64,000 nucleotides of DNA, taken from the NCBI GenBank assembly GCA_045863295.1, contig BTWA01000003.1, forward strand, positions 115,158 through 179,157, written 5' to 3'. Source of the DNA: Candidatus Hydrogenedentota bacterium. Its GTDB lineage: Bacteria; Hydrogenedentota; Hydrogenedentia; Hydrogenedentales; SLHB01. Positions 19,290-28,706 of the stretch are shown here, piece after piece (position 1 is the first letter of the stretch; each line of letters opens with the position of its first letter). The notes under the pieces are model-generated. The model was given only the letters and a program-made list of their open reading frames with translations. It was not told where the DNA came from and did no database searches. A program made the position numbers and the translations under genes.

Positions 19290-19525
19290 TTGAGTCGCAC
19301 CCCCAAACGAGTTTGGGGGTGGCACATGAGTCCCGGAGGGACGGCCGAAAATAGCCCAGCACTTCGCGTGCTGGGTAATTAACGGATAAAAATCTTCGAG
19401 TCCCGGAGGGACGATAGAAATGGCGTTGCGTTCTGTCGTCCCTCCGGGACTCGCTTCTTCTTGTACTCTGAACCCAGCCTTGGAAAGGCTGGGCTATTTT
19501 CTATTGTCCCTGCCGGGACTCAATT
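19290..19525. repeat. Nested inverted-repeat element with four copies of a 16-nt motif GAGTCCCGGAGGGACG (two direct, two inverted) and flanking hairpins
   Basis: Direct copies at 19328-19343 and 19398-19413. Inverted copies at 19437-19452 and 19505-19522 (2 mismatches). Outer inverted pair aaaatagcccag (19349-19360) / ctgggctatttt (19489-19500). Additional hairpins cacccccaaac-gag-gtttgggggtg and cccagcac-ttcg-gtgctggg. Confidence 0.55.
19472..19502 (+). terminator. Rho-independent terminator-like hairpin with T-tract (within the repeat element)
   Basis: agcccagcc-ttggaaa-ggctgggct followed by atttt. Located about 200 nt downstream of rfbA. Confidence 0.45.
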
Positions 19526-19954
19526 CGCTGAGGGTCCTCCGAAGCGCTCTTCGTGGACGTCGCCATTGCGGCCGAAGTAGAGCACGCGCGCGCCGGAGAT
19601 GAATACAGTGTAGCCAATGCAACCTGCCTCCATCGTACGTTGAAGAAACTCCTGGTAGTAGATCTCCCCGCGTTGGATTGCGCGCACGGCGGATTCGACG
19701 CCAACGGCGTTGAAGGTTTCCGCAACGGTGGCATCAGGGTGGGCCAACGTTAACGTCGTGGCCGCGCCGCTGGGGAGATAGTACGTGCCCACATGGCACG
19801 AGTAGTCGATGTGGTACCGTTCGAGGCCGATGGCCTGCAGTGATTGCACAACTTCGGGGAATGTGGTCTCTCCGCGCAAGGATTGATTCGCGCAGTTTAC
19901 AATTACGGCCAATTGTTCTGTGTTCATTGGGGGATTCCTGTAGTTGGTGCTCAT
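19520..19954 (-). CDS. DUF1398-like conserved hypothetical protein co-transcribed with MarR
   Basis: 144-aa ORF. Its ATG overlaps the MarR stop (ATGA at 19951-19954). Family assignment is from memory of the YSCHVGTYY-type pattern and is uncertain. Confidence 0.5.
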   Translation of the reverse strand: MSTNYRNPPMNTEQLAVIVNCANQSLRGETTFPEVVQSLQAIGLERYHIDYSCHVGTYYLPSGAATTLTLAHPDATVAETFNAVGVESAVRAIQRGEIYYQEFLQRTMEAGCIGYTVFISGARVLYFGRNGDVHEERFGGPSAN

Positions 19955-20409
19955 GTTGTAGGCACGTCTTTCCAGCCGTGAAGTCGTACGAGGTCCGTTA
20001 ACAGTTCTTTCAACTCGGCACGTTGCGCCTTGGAAAGATGGCCAAAAAACTCTTCTTCATTCGCATCAGCCAAGGCCGCGAGCCGCGGCACGAGGCGTTT
20101 GCCCGCGGCCGTAAGCGCAACGGTGTGAAAACGCTGATCACTCCGCACCTCACCGCGCGCGACAAGGCCTTTGACGATTAAGCGGTCCGTCAGCTTCGAA
20201 ATGGCGCCCCGCGTCATGCCCAATACGTCGGCGATGGCGCTGGGATTGGTCTTGCCGTGCCGCAACAGTTCGCGAAGCACTACCCACTCCGCGACCGTCA
20301 CTCCGCAGGCCTCGACCTTCAGCTTGAAGGCATGCGAGACGTGGTTGGACACGAACCGGAGCCAGTATCCAAGGTGATCGTCGAGTTGGCTGATGGGTTT
20401 TGTTTTCAT
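19951..20409 (-). CDS. MarR family transcriptional regulator
   Basis: Winged-helix block LRELLRHGKTNPSAIADVLGMTRGAISKLTDRLIVKGLVAR. About 150 aa from the ATG at 20409. A GTG at 20529 would add 40 aa, so the start is uncertain. Confidence 0.7.
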   Translation of the reverse strand: MKTKPISQLDDHLGYWLRFVSNHVSHAFKLKVEACGVTVAEWVVLRELLRHGKTNPSAIADVLGMTRGAISKLTDRLIVKGLVARGEVRSDQRFHTVALTAAGKRLVPRLAALADANEEEFFGHLSKAQRAELKELLTDLVRLHGWKDVPTT

Positions 20410-20509
20410 GGCGGCCCATATAGTTTCCAAGGCAACTATATCATGGTAATCGAACAAAGTAAAGACACGATCTGGCCGGGGTTGGAGACCTGCGGTCGCG
20501 CCGGTATCG

Positions 20510-20530
20510 GGGTCAGTAGATCGCGACACA
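20510..20530. repeat. Left copy of a ~21-nt direct repeat (GATCGCGACACAACTGCGGGG) flanking the hicAB cassette
   Basis: 19/21 identical to 21145-21165 (GACCGCGACACAGCTGCGGGG). Confidence 0.45.
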
Positions 20531-20630
20531 ACTGCGGGGCAATAAGGAAGGGTATGAGTAGTACCAATAACGATGGTGGTAAGTGTCGCATGTGGATAAT
20601 CGGACCACCGCTGGCACCTCTTTTGAACTA

Positions 20631-20848
20631 GAGAATATCTATGAACTCATCGATGGTAATACCCGCTGAGCGGAGAATGCCATGCAAGGTACCCCGGTCG
20701 AGCTCTTTGTGGTTTGGGACGGCGACTTACGTTTTGGGTGACTGCCTTACGAGAATGATGTGGCTTCTCGCTGACGGGCAATTCCGAATTCGACCTTCTT
20801 CAGAGCTGTGATGCATTTTTTGCCGGAGACGACCGGCAAAGCGGTCAT
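20631..20848 (-). pseudogene. hicA: hicA toxin pseudogene (HicA/YcfA mRNA interferase disrupted by a 1-nt frameshift and an in-frame TAA)
   Basis: Three-frame reading gives MTALPVVSGKKCITALKKVEFGIARQ / (frameshift) RSHIILVRQSPKT * VAVPNHKELDRGTLHGILRSAGITIDEFIDIL. This matches the HicA consensus GF..RQ.GSH...P....VP.H.KEL..GTL..IL.QAGI. The ATG overlaps the hicB stop. Confidence 0.6.
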
Positions 20849-21045
20849 ACGCTGGTCACCTCAAGATGGTCTTCAGGCACCGGTTCCCCGCGCTCGTTCA
20901 GCACTTCGATGTAGAGGTCAATTACTTCACGAATGTTGACCAATGCTTGGTCTCGTGTTTCGCCCTGGCGGATGCAGCCGGGCAGGCTTGGGCATTCGAC
21001 GACCCAGTAGCCGTCTTCGCCGGGGTATAGATTTACTTTACGCAT
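20845..21045 (-). CDS. hicB: HicB family antitoxin (single N-terminal RNase-H-like domain, no DNA-binding domain)
   Basis: MRKVNLYPGEDGYWVVECPSLPGCIRQGETRDQALVNIREVIDLYIEVLNERGEPVPED matches the UPF0150/HicB core. 66 aa from the internal ATG. Confidence 0.7.
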   Translation of the reverse strand: MRKVNLYPGEDGYWVVECPSLPGCIRQGETRDQALVNIREVIDLYIEVLNERGEPVPEDHLEVTSV

Positions 21046-21142
21046 GCTGGCGCTCCTGCCGTAGTCCCTGCATACACCTCCGCAACGGAGATGGAGACCT
21101 TCGGTCGGGCGCATAGCAGGGTCGGGAGACCCTGCCACAACA

Positions 21143-21206
21143 ACTTTTGGGGAGACCGCGACACAGCTGCGGGGACCGCGACACGACCACGAAGACCGCG
21201 ATACGA
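21143..21206. repeat. Three tandem ~20-nt units with core GACCGCGA(C/T)AC immediately upstream of hicB
   Basis: Units start at 21145, 21164 and 21184. The first unit matches the single left copy at 20510-20530. Confidence 0.45.
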
Positions 21207-21233
21207 CTGCATGGATATATGCTGCCGCGATGC

Positions 21234-22712
21234 TTACGCAAGCAACTGCGGCACGAGTTTGCCGGCAACATCGGTGAGGCGGAAGTCGCGGCCTTGGTAG
21301 CGGTAGGTGAGTTGCTCGTGGTTGATGCCGAACAGGTGCAAGAGCGTGGCGTGGAGATCGTTGACGTGGACGGGGTCTTTGACGATGTTCCAGCCGATTT
21401 CATCCGTTTCGCCGATGATTTGGCCGCCTTTTATGCCGCCGCCGGCCATCCACATGCTGAAGGCGAAGGGGTGGTGATCGCGGCCCGTGTTGGGCGCGCG
21501 GCCGACACGGTTTTCGCCCAATGGCGTGCGGCCGAATTCGGCGCCAAACACCACGAGTGTTTCGTCGAGCAGGCCGCGTTGCTTGAGATCTTTCAACAAG
21601 GCCGCGATGGGTTGATCGCACATCATGCAATTGAACGCAAGGCGATCATCGATGTCTTCGTGGTGATCCCATGTAGCGTGGTAGATATTGATGAAGCGCA
21701 CGCCGCGTTCCACGAGGCGCCGCGCAAGAAGGCAGTTCGAGGCAAATGAATTGAATTCGTCGGGGCCGCCGTTGCGGAATTTTTTCCAATGATCGCCTTC
21801 GGTGCGGTTCACACCGTACATTTCGAGCGTGGCGTCGCTTTCATCGGACAGATCGATCAGATCAGGCGCTTCCAACTGCATTCGGCCCGCGAGTTCGTAG
21901 GACGCGATCTTGGCCATGATCTCGGGGTCGTGCGTTTGGTTGTATCGCATCTGATTTAAATCGCGAATCGCGTCAAGCCCCGCGCGCTGGCAATCGTGCG
22001 GCAAATCGGCGGGGTTGCTGAGGTAGAGCACCGGGTCGCCCTGGTTGCGGAAGAGCACGCCTTCGTAGTTCGACGGCAGAAATCCGCTCGTCCAGTTCGA
22101 TGCGCCGCCGCTCGTGCCGCGGCCTGAATTCAACACAACGTAGCCCGGCAGGTTTTCGGATTCGCAACCCAGGCCGTAGTTGATCCAGGATCCCATCGTG
22201 GGCCGGCCGAAGGTGGGCACGCCAGTGTTCATCATCAATTGGCCGGGGTGATGGTTGAACGCTTCCGTGTGCATGGATCGCACCAGCGCAATGTCGTCGG
22301 CGCACGTGGCGGTATGCGGCAGAAGGTCCGACAAATCCATGCCGCATTGCCCGTGCTTCTTGAACACGCGGTTGCAGCCCTTGAGCACGGCCGTTTCTTT
22401 TTGAATGAACGCGAAGCGTACCTTTTCCACCATGGAGTCCGGCAACGGCTGGCCGTCCAACTCGTTCAATTTGGGTTTGGGATCGAAGAGATCGATTTGG
22501 CTGGGCGCGCCTTCCATGAAGAAAAAGATGCAGGCTTTGGCCTTCGCGGGGAAGTGAGGCGTTTTGGGTGCGAGTGGATTCACGGCGTCCGCGTGTGCCA
22601 ACAAGCCGTCGCTCATGAGTAGATTGGCCAGTGCGATTCCGCCAATGCCGCTCGCGGCAGAGGTCAGAAAGTGACGCCGGGATTGAAGCCTTTGTTCTTC
22701 GAATGGATGCAT
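21234..22712 (-). CDS. DUF1501 domain protein (sulfatase-like fold) with Tat signal
   Basis: N-terminal RRHFLTSAASGIGGIALANLL twin-arginine signal. DUF1501 body. Pairs with the upstream PSD1 protein as is typical in Planctomycetota. Confidence 0.8.
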   Translation of the reverse strand: MHPFEEQRLQSRRHFLTSAASGIGGIALANLLMSDGLLAHADAVNPLAPKTPHFPAKAKACIFFFMEGAPSQIDLFDPKPKLNELDGQPLPDSMVEKVRFAFIQKETAVLKGCNRVFKKHGQCGMDLSDLLPHTATCADDIALVRSMHTEAFNHHPGQLMMNTGVPTFGRPTMGSWINYGLGCESENLPGYVVLNSGRGTSGGASNWTSGFLPSNYEGVLFRNQGDPVLYLSNPADLPHDCQRAGLDAIRDLNQMRYNQTHDPEIMAKIASYELAGRMQLEAPDLIDLSDESDATLEMYGVNRTEGDHWKKFRNGGPDEFNSFASNCLLARRLVERGVRFINIYHATWDHHEDIDDRLAFNCMMCDQPIAALLKDLKQRGLLDETLVVFGAEFGRTPLGENRVGRAPNTGRDHHPFAFSMWMAGGGIKGGQIIGETDEIGWNIVKDPVHVNDLHATLLHLFGINHEQLTYRYQGRDFRLTDVAGKLVPQLLA

Positions 22713-22727
22713 CGATGCGGTACCTCG

Positions 22728-25700
22728 CTATTCCCGCGTTACAAATTCGTTCAGATTCATAATAACCCGCGCCAGCGCCACGTGGGCGGCGGTGTCGCAC
22801 GCGTTGGGATCGTCCGGTTTCAACCCGCCGGCAAATTGCGCCACCATTTCGCCGCCGCTGGCGAATGCCTGGCGTTGCTCGTTCAGAAAATCCACCAGCC
22901 GTTGAATCTCTTCCTCGGCGGGTTTCCGGCCCAAACAGGCGCGAAAAGCGTATTCAACGCGATCGCGGTCGTTGGGCTGGCCCGTCGCCAAGGTCTTTTT
23001 TCCGAGGGCCTGGGCGCACTCGAACAACACGGGATCGTTTAAGCGGTTCAACGCCTGAAGCGGCGTGTTTGATCGGTTCCGCGCGATCGCGGTCGTGTTC
23101 GAATTTGGGCAATCGAAATTCATGAGCATGGGATAGGGCACGGTGCGTTGAAAGAAGATGTACAGGCCGCGCCGGTATTTTTCCGGTCCGTTGTCCACCG
23201 CCCACTTTACCGAGTTGGCATAGCCCAGATCGGCAATCCCCTCGGGCATGTACGGCCTTACACTTGGACCCCCGACTTCAAGATTGATCAAACCGCTCGC
23301 GGCGAGATTAATGTCTCGAATGACTTCCGCCTCCACGCGGAACGTGTTTTGCCGGGCGAGGAGTTTATTTTCGGCATCCGACTCGGCCAGTTCAGTCCGG
23401 TAGTGCGACGACTGCCGGTACGTGGCAGACGAAGTGATCAAGCGAATGGCATTTTTCACGCTCCAACCCTGCGCCATGAATTCGGTGGCGAGCCAATCCA
23501 ACAATTCGGGGTGGGTGGGCTTTTCGCCCCGCACGCCAAAGTCCTCGGGGGTGCGCACCAGTCCTTCGCCGAACAGCACGCTCCACATGCGATTCACCTG
23601 CACGCGCGCGGTGAGCGGGTTTGCCGGGTCGATAATCCAGCGTGCAAGGTCAAGACGATCGGGCCGTTCGCCGCGCGCCTTAAACGGGTGTAATACGGCC
23701 ATAGTGCCGGCCTGCACTTCTTCGCCGGGCGAAAGGAAATCGCCTCGCTGATGGATGAATGTCTTGGGCGGTTCAGGGTTTTCCGCCAATGCCTGCGCCT
23801 TTGTGTCGGGCTCTTTGGGGAGCGCTGCGCGCAAAGCGTCCAACGTGGCAATGAGCCTTTTGATGTTCGGCTCGTTACGGCCGAAGTATTCAAGCACGGC
23901 CTTCTGCTGCACCTCAGTTCTTTGATCGGAAGGTGTACGCAGCGCCACATGTACATCATCCGGATACGGGAGCGCGGATGGCGGCGTCTTTGAATAGGAC
24001 AACCGAAAACGGCCGATATTGTGCTCGCGACCGTAATTGAAATCCATGACGAACGTCAGGACGGTGCCGTCGGTCTGGCCCACGTCCTTGTTTACGGCAA
24101 AGGTCGCAGTACGATTCTCGTTCATGTTTTCAGCGCGATAGATTGCCCAGCCCGTGTTGAGATCGCCATCAATGGCATTGGCTGCACGCAAATCGTTTTG
24201 TTCAAAATCCGCCACTGGCTCGGACAGTTCATACTTCGTCTGTTTCGCCGGGTTGGGAATGGGCGATGCGTAGACCGCAAACTCACTCAGCACGAAATTT
24301 CCATTGTGGGCGCGGCCCGGGCCATTTCCCGGCAGGCTGGGATCCGTGAGGGCTTCAATGCGGAAGCCTTTGATGCCGGTCTCTTGCGTCCGCACCACGA
24401 CGGTATATTTATCGCGTCCCGATGCCGGGCCGGTGACCAGGATAGACTTGTCTTCCTGCACGGCAAAGCTCGACCCCGATGCGGACAGAAAGCCCGAAGG
24501 TTCGAGTGCGGTCCAGCCCTGATCGGGCACCTCGAGAGATGCTTCCCATTCCGCGAGCTTTCCGGCGAGGGCTTCTCGCTGCTCCAGAATCTGCTTCTCG
24601 ACCGACGCGATTTCCTTTTCGATTTGCGCTTTTGCCTGCACGTAGGTGGCCATTTCCCCATCGCGCAATGCGGGGATGTCTTGTTCCATGGCCGTATTGA
24701 AAAACGAGTACATCTGGTAGTACTCGCGTTGGGTGATGGGATCGTATTTGTGCGTATGGCACTCAGCACAGGCCATGGTCAGGCCCATTAAGGCGGATGC
24801 CGTTGTATTGATGCGATCTTTGGCTTGCGCCACTCGAAACTCTTCTTGATCGACACCGCCTTCGCGATTTGTCAGGGTGTTCCGGTGAAATCCCGTTGCC
24901 ATGCGTTGCTCGGTGGTTGCATTAGGGAGCAAATCGCCTGCCAGTTGTTCAACGATGAATTGGTCGTAGGGCATGTCGCGGTTGATGGAATCGATTACCC
25001 AGTCCCGGTACCGGTATGCGAATGGTCGTGGCGAGTCCTTTTCGTAGCCATCGCTGTCCGCATAGCGCGCCAAGTCCAGCCAATGCCTCCCCCACCGTTC
25101 GCCGAAGTGCTCAGAGGCCAACAGGCGGTTGATCAGGCTTTCGTAGGCATACGGGTTGGTGTCGTTCACAAAGGCGTCGACGTCTTCAGGGGTCGGCAAC
25201 AGGCCAAGCAGATCAAGATACAGGCGCCGGATCAATGTGGGACGATCCGCCTCGGGGGCGGGTGAGATCCCCGCAGCCTCAAGCCGTGCAAGGACGAAGT
25301 TGTCAATGGGGTTCCGTGTCCAGTCCGGGCGGCTCACGCCGGGGACAGTCGGATGTGCAATAGGTTGATACGCCCAATGGTCACTGACAACCCGGGCATC
25401 GCCTTCGTCCTCGGGCCAAAGGGCGCCCTGGTCGATCCAGGACTTGACGAGCGCGACCTGATCAGCGCTGAGCGGTTCGCCCTTGGGGGGCATGATGTCT
25501 TCGGGCCTCGCCCCACTTATCCTTTGGAACAGATCGCTATTTGCGCTGTCGGATGCTACCAGCACGGGTCCGGAATCTCCTCCGCGCATGGCATCGGCCT
25601 TGTGGTCGAGACGCAGCCCGGACTGCTGCTTTTCAGGACCGTGGCACGAGATGCATTTGGCGGCGAAGATTGGGGCGATGTCTCGTTGAAAGTCGACCAT

Positions 25701-25811
25701 ACCGGTGGGCGCGGCTGTTGCGTTTTCCGGAGGAGTATCGCCGCTCGACCAACTGGCTAGTGTGAAAGCGGTTAGACACCAAATACTTGCAGGCCACATG
25801 ACGCTCTTCAT
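22728..25811 (-). CDS. PSD1/PSCyt1 planctomycete cytochrome c domain protein with DUF1549 and DUF1553
   Basis: CISCHGPEKQQSGLRL...IMPP heme-binding motif of PSCyt1. 1027 aa. Signal peptide. Confidence 0.8.
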   Translation of the reverse strand: MKSVMWPASIWCLTAFTLASWSSGDTPPENATAAPTGMVDFQRDIAPIFAAKCISCHGPEKQQSGLRLDHKADAMRGGDSGPVLVASDSANSDLFQRISGARPEDIMPPKGEPLSADQVALVKSWIDQGALWPEDEGDARVVSDHWAYQPIAHPTVPGVSRPDWTRNPIDNFVLARLEAAGISPAPEADRPTLIRRLYLDLLGLLPTPEDVDAFVNDTNPYAYESLINRLLASEHFGERWGRHWLDLARYADSDGYEKDSPRPFAYRYRDWVIDSINRDMPYDQFIVEQLAGDLLPNATTEQRMATGFHRNTLTNREGGVDQEEFRVAQAKDRINTTASALMGLTMACAECHTHKYDPITQREYYQMYSFFNTAMEQDIPALRDGEMATYVQAKAQIEKEIASVEKQILEQREALAGKLAEWEASLEVPDQGWTALEPSGFLSASGSSFAVQEDKSILVTGPASGRDKYTVVVRTQETGIKGFRIEALTDPSLPGNGPGRAHNGNFVLSEFAVYASPIPNPAKQTKYELSEPVADFEQNDLRAANAIDGDLNTGWAIYRAENMNENRTATFAVNKDVGQTDGTVLTFVMDFNYGREHNIGRFRLSYSKTPPSALPYPDDVHVALRTPSDQRTEVQQKAVLEYFGRNEPNIKRLIATLDALRAALPKEPDTKAQALAENPEPPKTFIHQRGDFLSPGEEVQAGTMAVLHPFKARGERPDRLDLARWIIDPANPLTARVQVNRMWSVLFGEGLVRTPEDFGVRGEKPTHPELLDWLATEFMAQGWSVKNAIRLITSSATYRQSSHYRTELAESDAENKLLARQNTFRVEAEVIRDINLAASGLINLEVGGPSVRPYMPEGIADLGYANSVKWAVDNGPEKYRRGLYIFFQRTVPYPMLMNFDCPNSNTTAIARNRSNTPLQALNRLNDPVLFECAQALGKKTLATGQPNDRDRVEYAFRACLGRKPAEEEIQRLVDFLNEQRQAFASGGEMVAQFAGGLKPDDPNACDTAAHVALARVIMNLNEFVTRE

Positions 25812-25951
25812 GGACGCCCTCTACTTTCAATCGCATGAAGCAACACAGCACCGGACACGACTGGCCATTTTAGCATACGGGGCAAAATCCGGCAAAGCGA
25901 TGGAAGCAATGGGCGCCATGGCCTGTTACACAATTCACACTGTTGAAGAAC

Positions 25952-27541
25952 TCAAATCTCTGCCAAGCTTGTGCCGAGTGGCGATAGCGAAATGGTCCTT
26001 TCGGCTTCCCGGTAGCGCAGTGTCACGGCCTCAGCTTGTTCCGACAGATTCCATAGCAGCACGCGTTGGGCAGTGGGGTACCAGGCGCACACCACCGGTT
26101 TGTGGTCCATAACGACGGGAACATCGTGCAATTGGGGCAACGTGCGGTCTTTTAGAGCGTATACCCGGTCCAATTCCTCTGGCAAGGATTCCAACTCGGG
26201 TACAGAGGACGAGATGCGAGAGATGAGTTGAGTTCCTGGCGATTTGATGGCGCCACGTTGCACCGCCCGGGCGTCGGCATCTCCCAGAAAGGTCCAGCCA
26301 TCGGCAGCCAGTTCGCCAGTCACTTCGAAGGGAATCCCCGAGGCGAGAAACAGACTGTAGGGCTTGTCCTCACCTACATACCGCTCGGCTTCACCATGAA
26401 AATGCTTGAAAGGACCGTGCGGTGCGTGCCCGGCGACTTTTTCGTGTACCCTCTTTTGTTCTGCTATGGCGGGTGCCAGCACTGGCCAATACGATTCCGG
26501 AATCGGGGGCAGACCGGACATGAACAGGGTGTGCCGGACATCGGCAATTGTGGATACGGCGAGTTTGGCCGCCATATTTTTCGCGGATAGACTGTTCTCC
26601 GGGAAAATAGTCGTCTCGCTGAAAGCATCTTCCGGTTCAACATGCCTGCGATGAAACAGTGCGCTGAAGAGTTCGTCCGTCTTGCCCTTTACCGGCGAAA
26701 AGCCTGCATCGTTGAACATGAGTTCGCCCACGCGAAAATGGGTATCGGCGTAGTCCTTGAGACGAATGCCGGCTTTTTCCGATCCGAGGTACATTACCAT
26801 AATCGATACCGTCATCGGAGCCGCCGCGGCTTGCTGCGTTCGAAACGAGGCGGTCAATTCATCGCAGGTGAATTCCACCCACGCGCGAACTATCGGCGAA
26901 AGATCACGCGCGCGCACGTCGGCGAGGAGTGCATGCCATTGTGAATCCGAATAGCCGTGTAGATTCAAGAAGCGTTGTTTATGGTCACCGCAAAAGCAGC
27001 CGCCAATGACTCCGGGCCCTACCGCCAATCGAAAGTCATCGTCGAGAAAAGCCTCGCGAAAGCCCTGTGCCCGAAGCAACTTCAGGGCATCCGCATTTTC
27101 CGCCGTGGCCGGTTCGTGGAGAGATGTTCCGCTGAACTGTTTCCCGTCCGGCTTGGATGCCATCTGCCAGTGGGCAGGCGGGGTCAGGGGTACGGTCTGC
27201 TCCCCGGTGGAACCCAGGGAGTCGCCGGGATGTCCCAACGGCACCGTGGCGACTTCGGCTTGCAGGCCCGCCGCGAGGATCTTTTTGCGCCACTCGCCCA
27301 GTGCTTCGGGTAACCAGGGCCAGTGGCCGTAGAAATAACCGGCAATCCAGACCGTACCGATCCCTGCGTCGCGGTAGACCTGCAGGAGATGGGGATGCCG
27401 GGTAAGGGTGTCAATGTTGGAGCAGATATGAAAGTCGCGACCGCCTTGTGTCGAAGATGAATTGGCGTTTAACGCGGAAGGCAACAGCCATGGAATTGTG
27501 CCCGAAAGGTGCAAAAAGTCTCGACGAGACAGGCGGCGCAT
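25952..27541 (-). CDS. Tat-signal secreted hypothetical protein (529 aa)
   Basis: MRRLSRRDFLHLSG twin-arginine motif. No confidently recognisable catalytic domain. Confidence 0.6.
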   Translation of the reverse strand: MRRLSRRDFLHLSGTIPWLLPSALNANSSSTQGGRDFHICSNIDTLTRHPHLLQVYRDAGIGTVWIAGYFYGHWPWLPEALGEWRKKILAAGLQAEVATVPLGHPGDSLGSTGEQTVPLTPPAHWQMASKPDGKQFSGTSLHEPATAENADALKLLRAQGFREAFLDDDFRLAVGPGVIGGCFCGDHKQRFLNLHGYSDSQWHALLADVRARDLSPIVRAWVEFTCDELTASFRTQQAAAAPMTVSIMVMYLGSEKAGIRLKDYADTHFRVGELMFNDAGFSPVKGKTDELFSALFHRRHVEPEDAFSETTIFPENSLSAKNMAAKLAVSTIADVRHTLFMSGLPPIPESYWPVLAPAIAEQKRVHEKVAGHAPHGPFKHFHGEAERYVGEDKPYSLFLASGIPFEVTGELAADGWTFLGDADARAVQRGAIKSPGTQLISRISSSVPELESLPEELDRVYALKDRTLPQLHDVPVVMDHKPVVCAWYPTAQRVLLWNLSEQAEAVTLRYREAERTISLSPLGTSLAEI

Positions 27542-27630
27542 AAGGAATCTCCCAGGGGGGCAGGCTGACTTACCTCAGCATCACACAACACATTGCCGGT
27601 TCAGGTCAAATTCGAAGGTGTGGCGTTCAC

Positions 27631-27667
27631 AAACGAAAAGTGGCCTCCCCCGCGAGCGGGGGAGGCC
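27631..27667 (-). terminator. Rho-independent terminator downstream of the BON gene
   Basis: Perfect 10-bp GC stem ggcctccccc-gcgagc-gggggaggcc (27642-27667) followed on the minus strand by cttttcgttt. Confidence 0.6.
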
Positions 27668-27709
27668 TATGTCAAAAGCACGCTCCAAACGGACTTAAGT
27701 TAGAGTCCA

Positions 27710-28531
27710 TCAAGCGCCCTCAAGAACCAATTCATTGGTCACTGCCGAGATCCCGTCCGTCACTTTCGCGATGGATTCCGCGAGGTCTTTCTGATGTACG
27801 GTGGCCACTTTTCCGGTCAACACGCAGACTCCGTGGTCCACTTCGACGTCGATGTCGTAGATGCTAAGGTCTTTGCTCCACATAATGGAACTCTCCACCA
27901 TCTTCTCTGCGAACTCATCCGAAATTTCAGTAGTTACGGTCTCCGTGACCGTATCGGCCTCTGCGGCCACTTGCGTTTTTCCTACGGTGAGTTGCGAGTC
28001 TACTGCACCCACTCCTGAAGTATCGGAGACTATCTTCTCAACGGTTTCCTTCTTTTCCGGACTCTCCACGTCCCCTTTCAGGGTCACTTCTCCCGCGTTC
28101 ACATCGATATTCAACAGGGCGTCGTCAATGCCGCTGTGATAAGCGAGGCGGCGCCGGATTCGCGAGTTTAGTGCGGCGTCTTCGACGCTCTGGCGCCATT
28201 CCGCGTTTGTCGTGTTGATCTCCACGGAGCGATCGACGTTCAGGTTGTTCACGACAGATTTCACGTCCTTTACGGTCAACGCCAGACGCTCGGCAAGATC
28301 CTTGTCTGCTTCTTCTTGCACCGTGCCTGTGAGGGAGACTACACCTTCGTTTGTGGTGGTATTGATCTTAAAAGGATTCAGATCTCCATTCAGCAGGAAC
28401 ATGGTCTCGATGCGCGCGGTGATGACCGTATCCTTCAGGGGTTGATCGCTGTTCGGTGTCTGCGCACCGGCACTTGCAACGCATAGGCTGAGGACCAGCA
28501 CGGCAATTGCCGCGATTGGCAAGGTCTTCAT
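27710..28531 (-). CDS. BON domain-containing periplasmic protein (OsmY-like, three BON repeats)
   Basis: Signal peptide. Repeated ...V.V.V..GVV.LTG.V....DK..AE..A..V.GV..V.N.L.V blocks. Confidence 0.7.
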   Translation of the reverse strand: MKTLPIAAIAVLVLSLCVASAGAQTPNSDQPLKDTVITARIETMFLLNGDLNPFKINTTTNEGVVSLTGTVQEEADKDLAERLALTVKDVKSVVNNLNVDRSVEINTTNAEWRQSVEDAALNSRIRRRLAYHSGIDDALLNIDVNAGEVTLKGDVESPEKKETVEKIVSDTSGVGAVDSQLTVGKTQVAAEADTVTETVTTEISDEFAEKMVESSIMWSKDLSIYDIDVEVDHGVCVLTGKVATVHQKDLAESIAKVTDGISAVTNELVLEGA

Positions 28532-28706
28532 GGCAGTACTCCCAAGTTTTGTGAATGGCCTGCATTGATCCGAACGTCTGAGGTCTCATCCGGACCGCTT
28601 GGTTAGACTATAGAACCTGGGACACTTTCCGGGCATCGGAGAAAGGACTGTTCGTGTGTAGGATGAGGGCTATACCCAATCATTTGGGCGAAAATTCAGG
28701 CAGGAT

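Noticed and set aside
20257-20631. Plus-strand 124-aa ORF
   Set aside because: Antisense to the MarR 5' region and the hicA remnant. No domain.
20510-21215. Mobile element with its own integrase or transposase around hicAB
   Set aside because: No integrase, transposase or recombinase ORF in or near the cassette. Only the short direct repeats are recorded.
21147-21749. Plus-strand 200-aa ORF overlapping the repeat array and the DUF1501 gene
   Set aside because: Antisense to a well-supported Tat-signal DUF1501 gene. Starts inside the tandem repeats.
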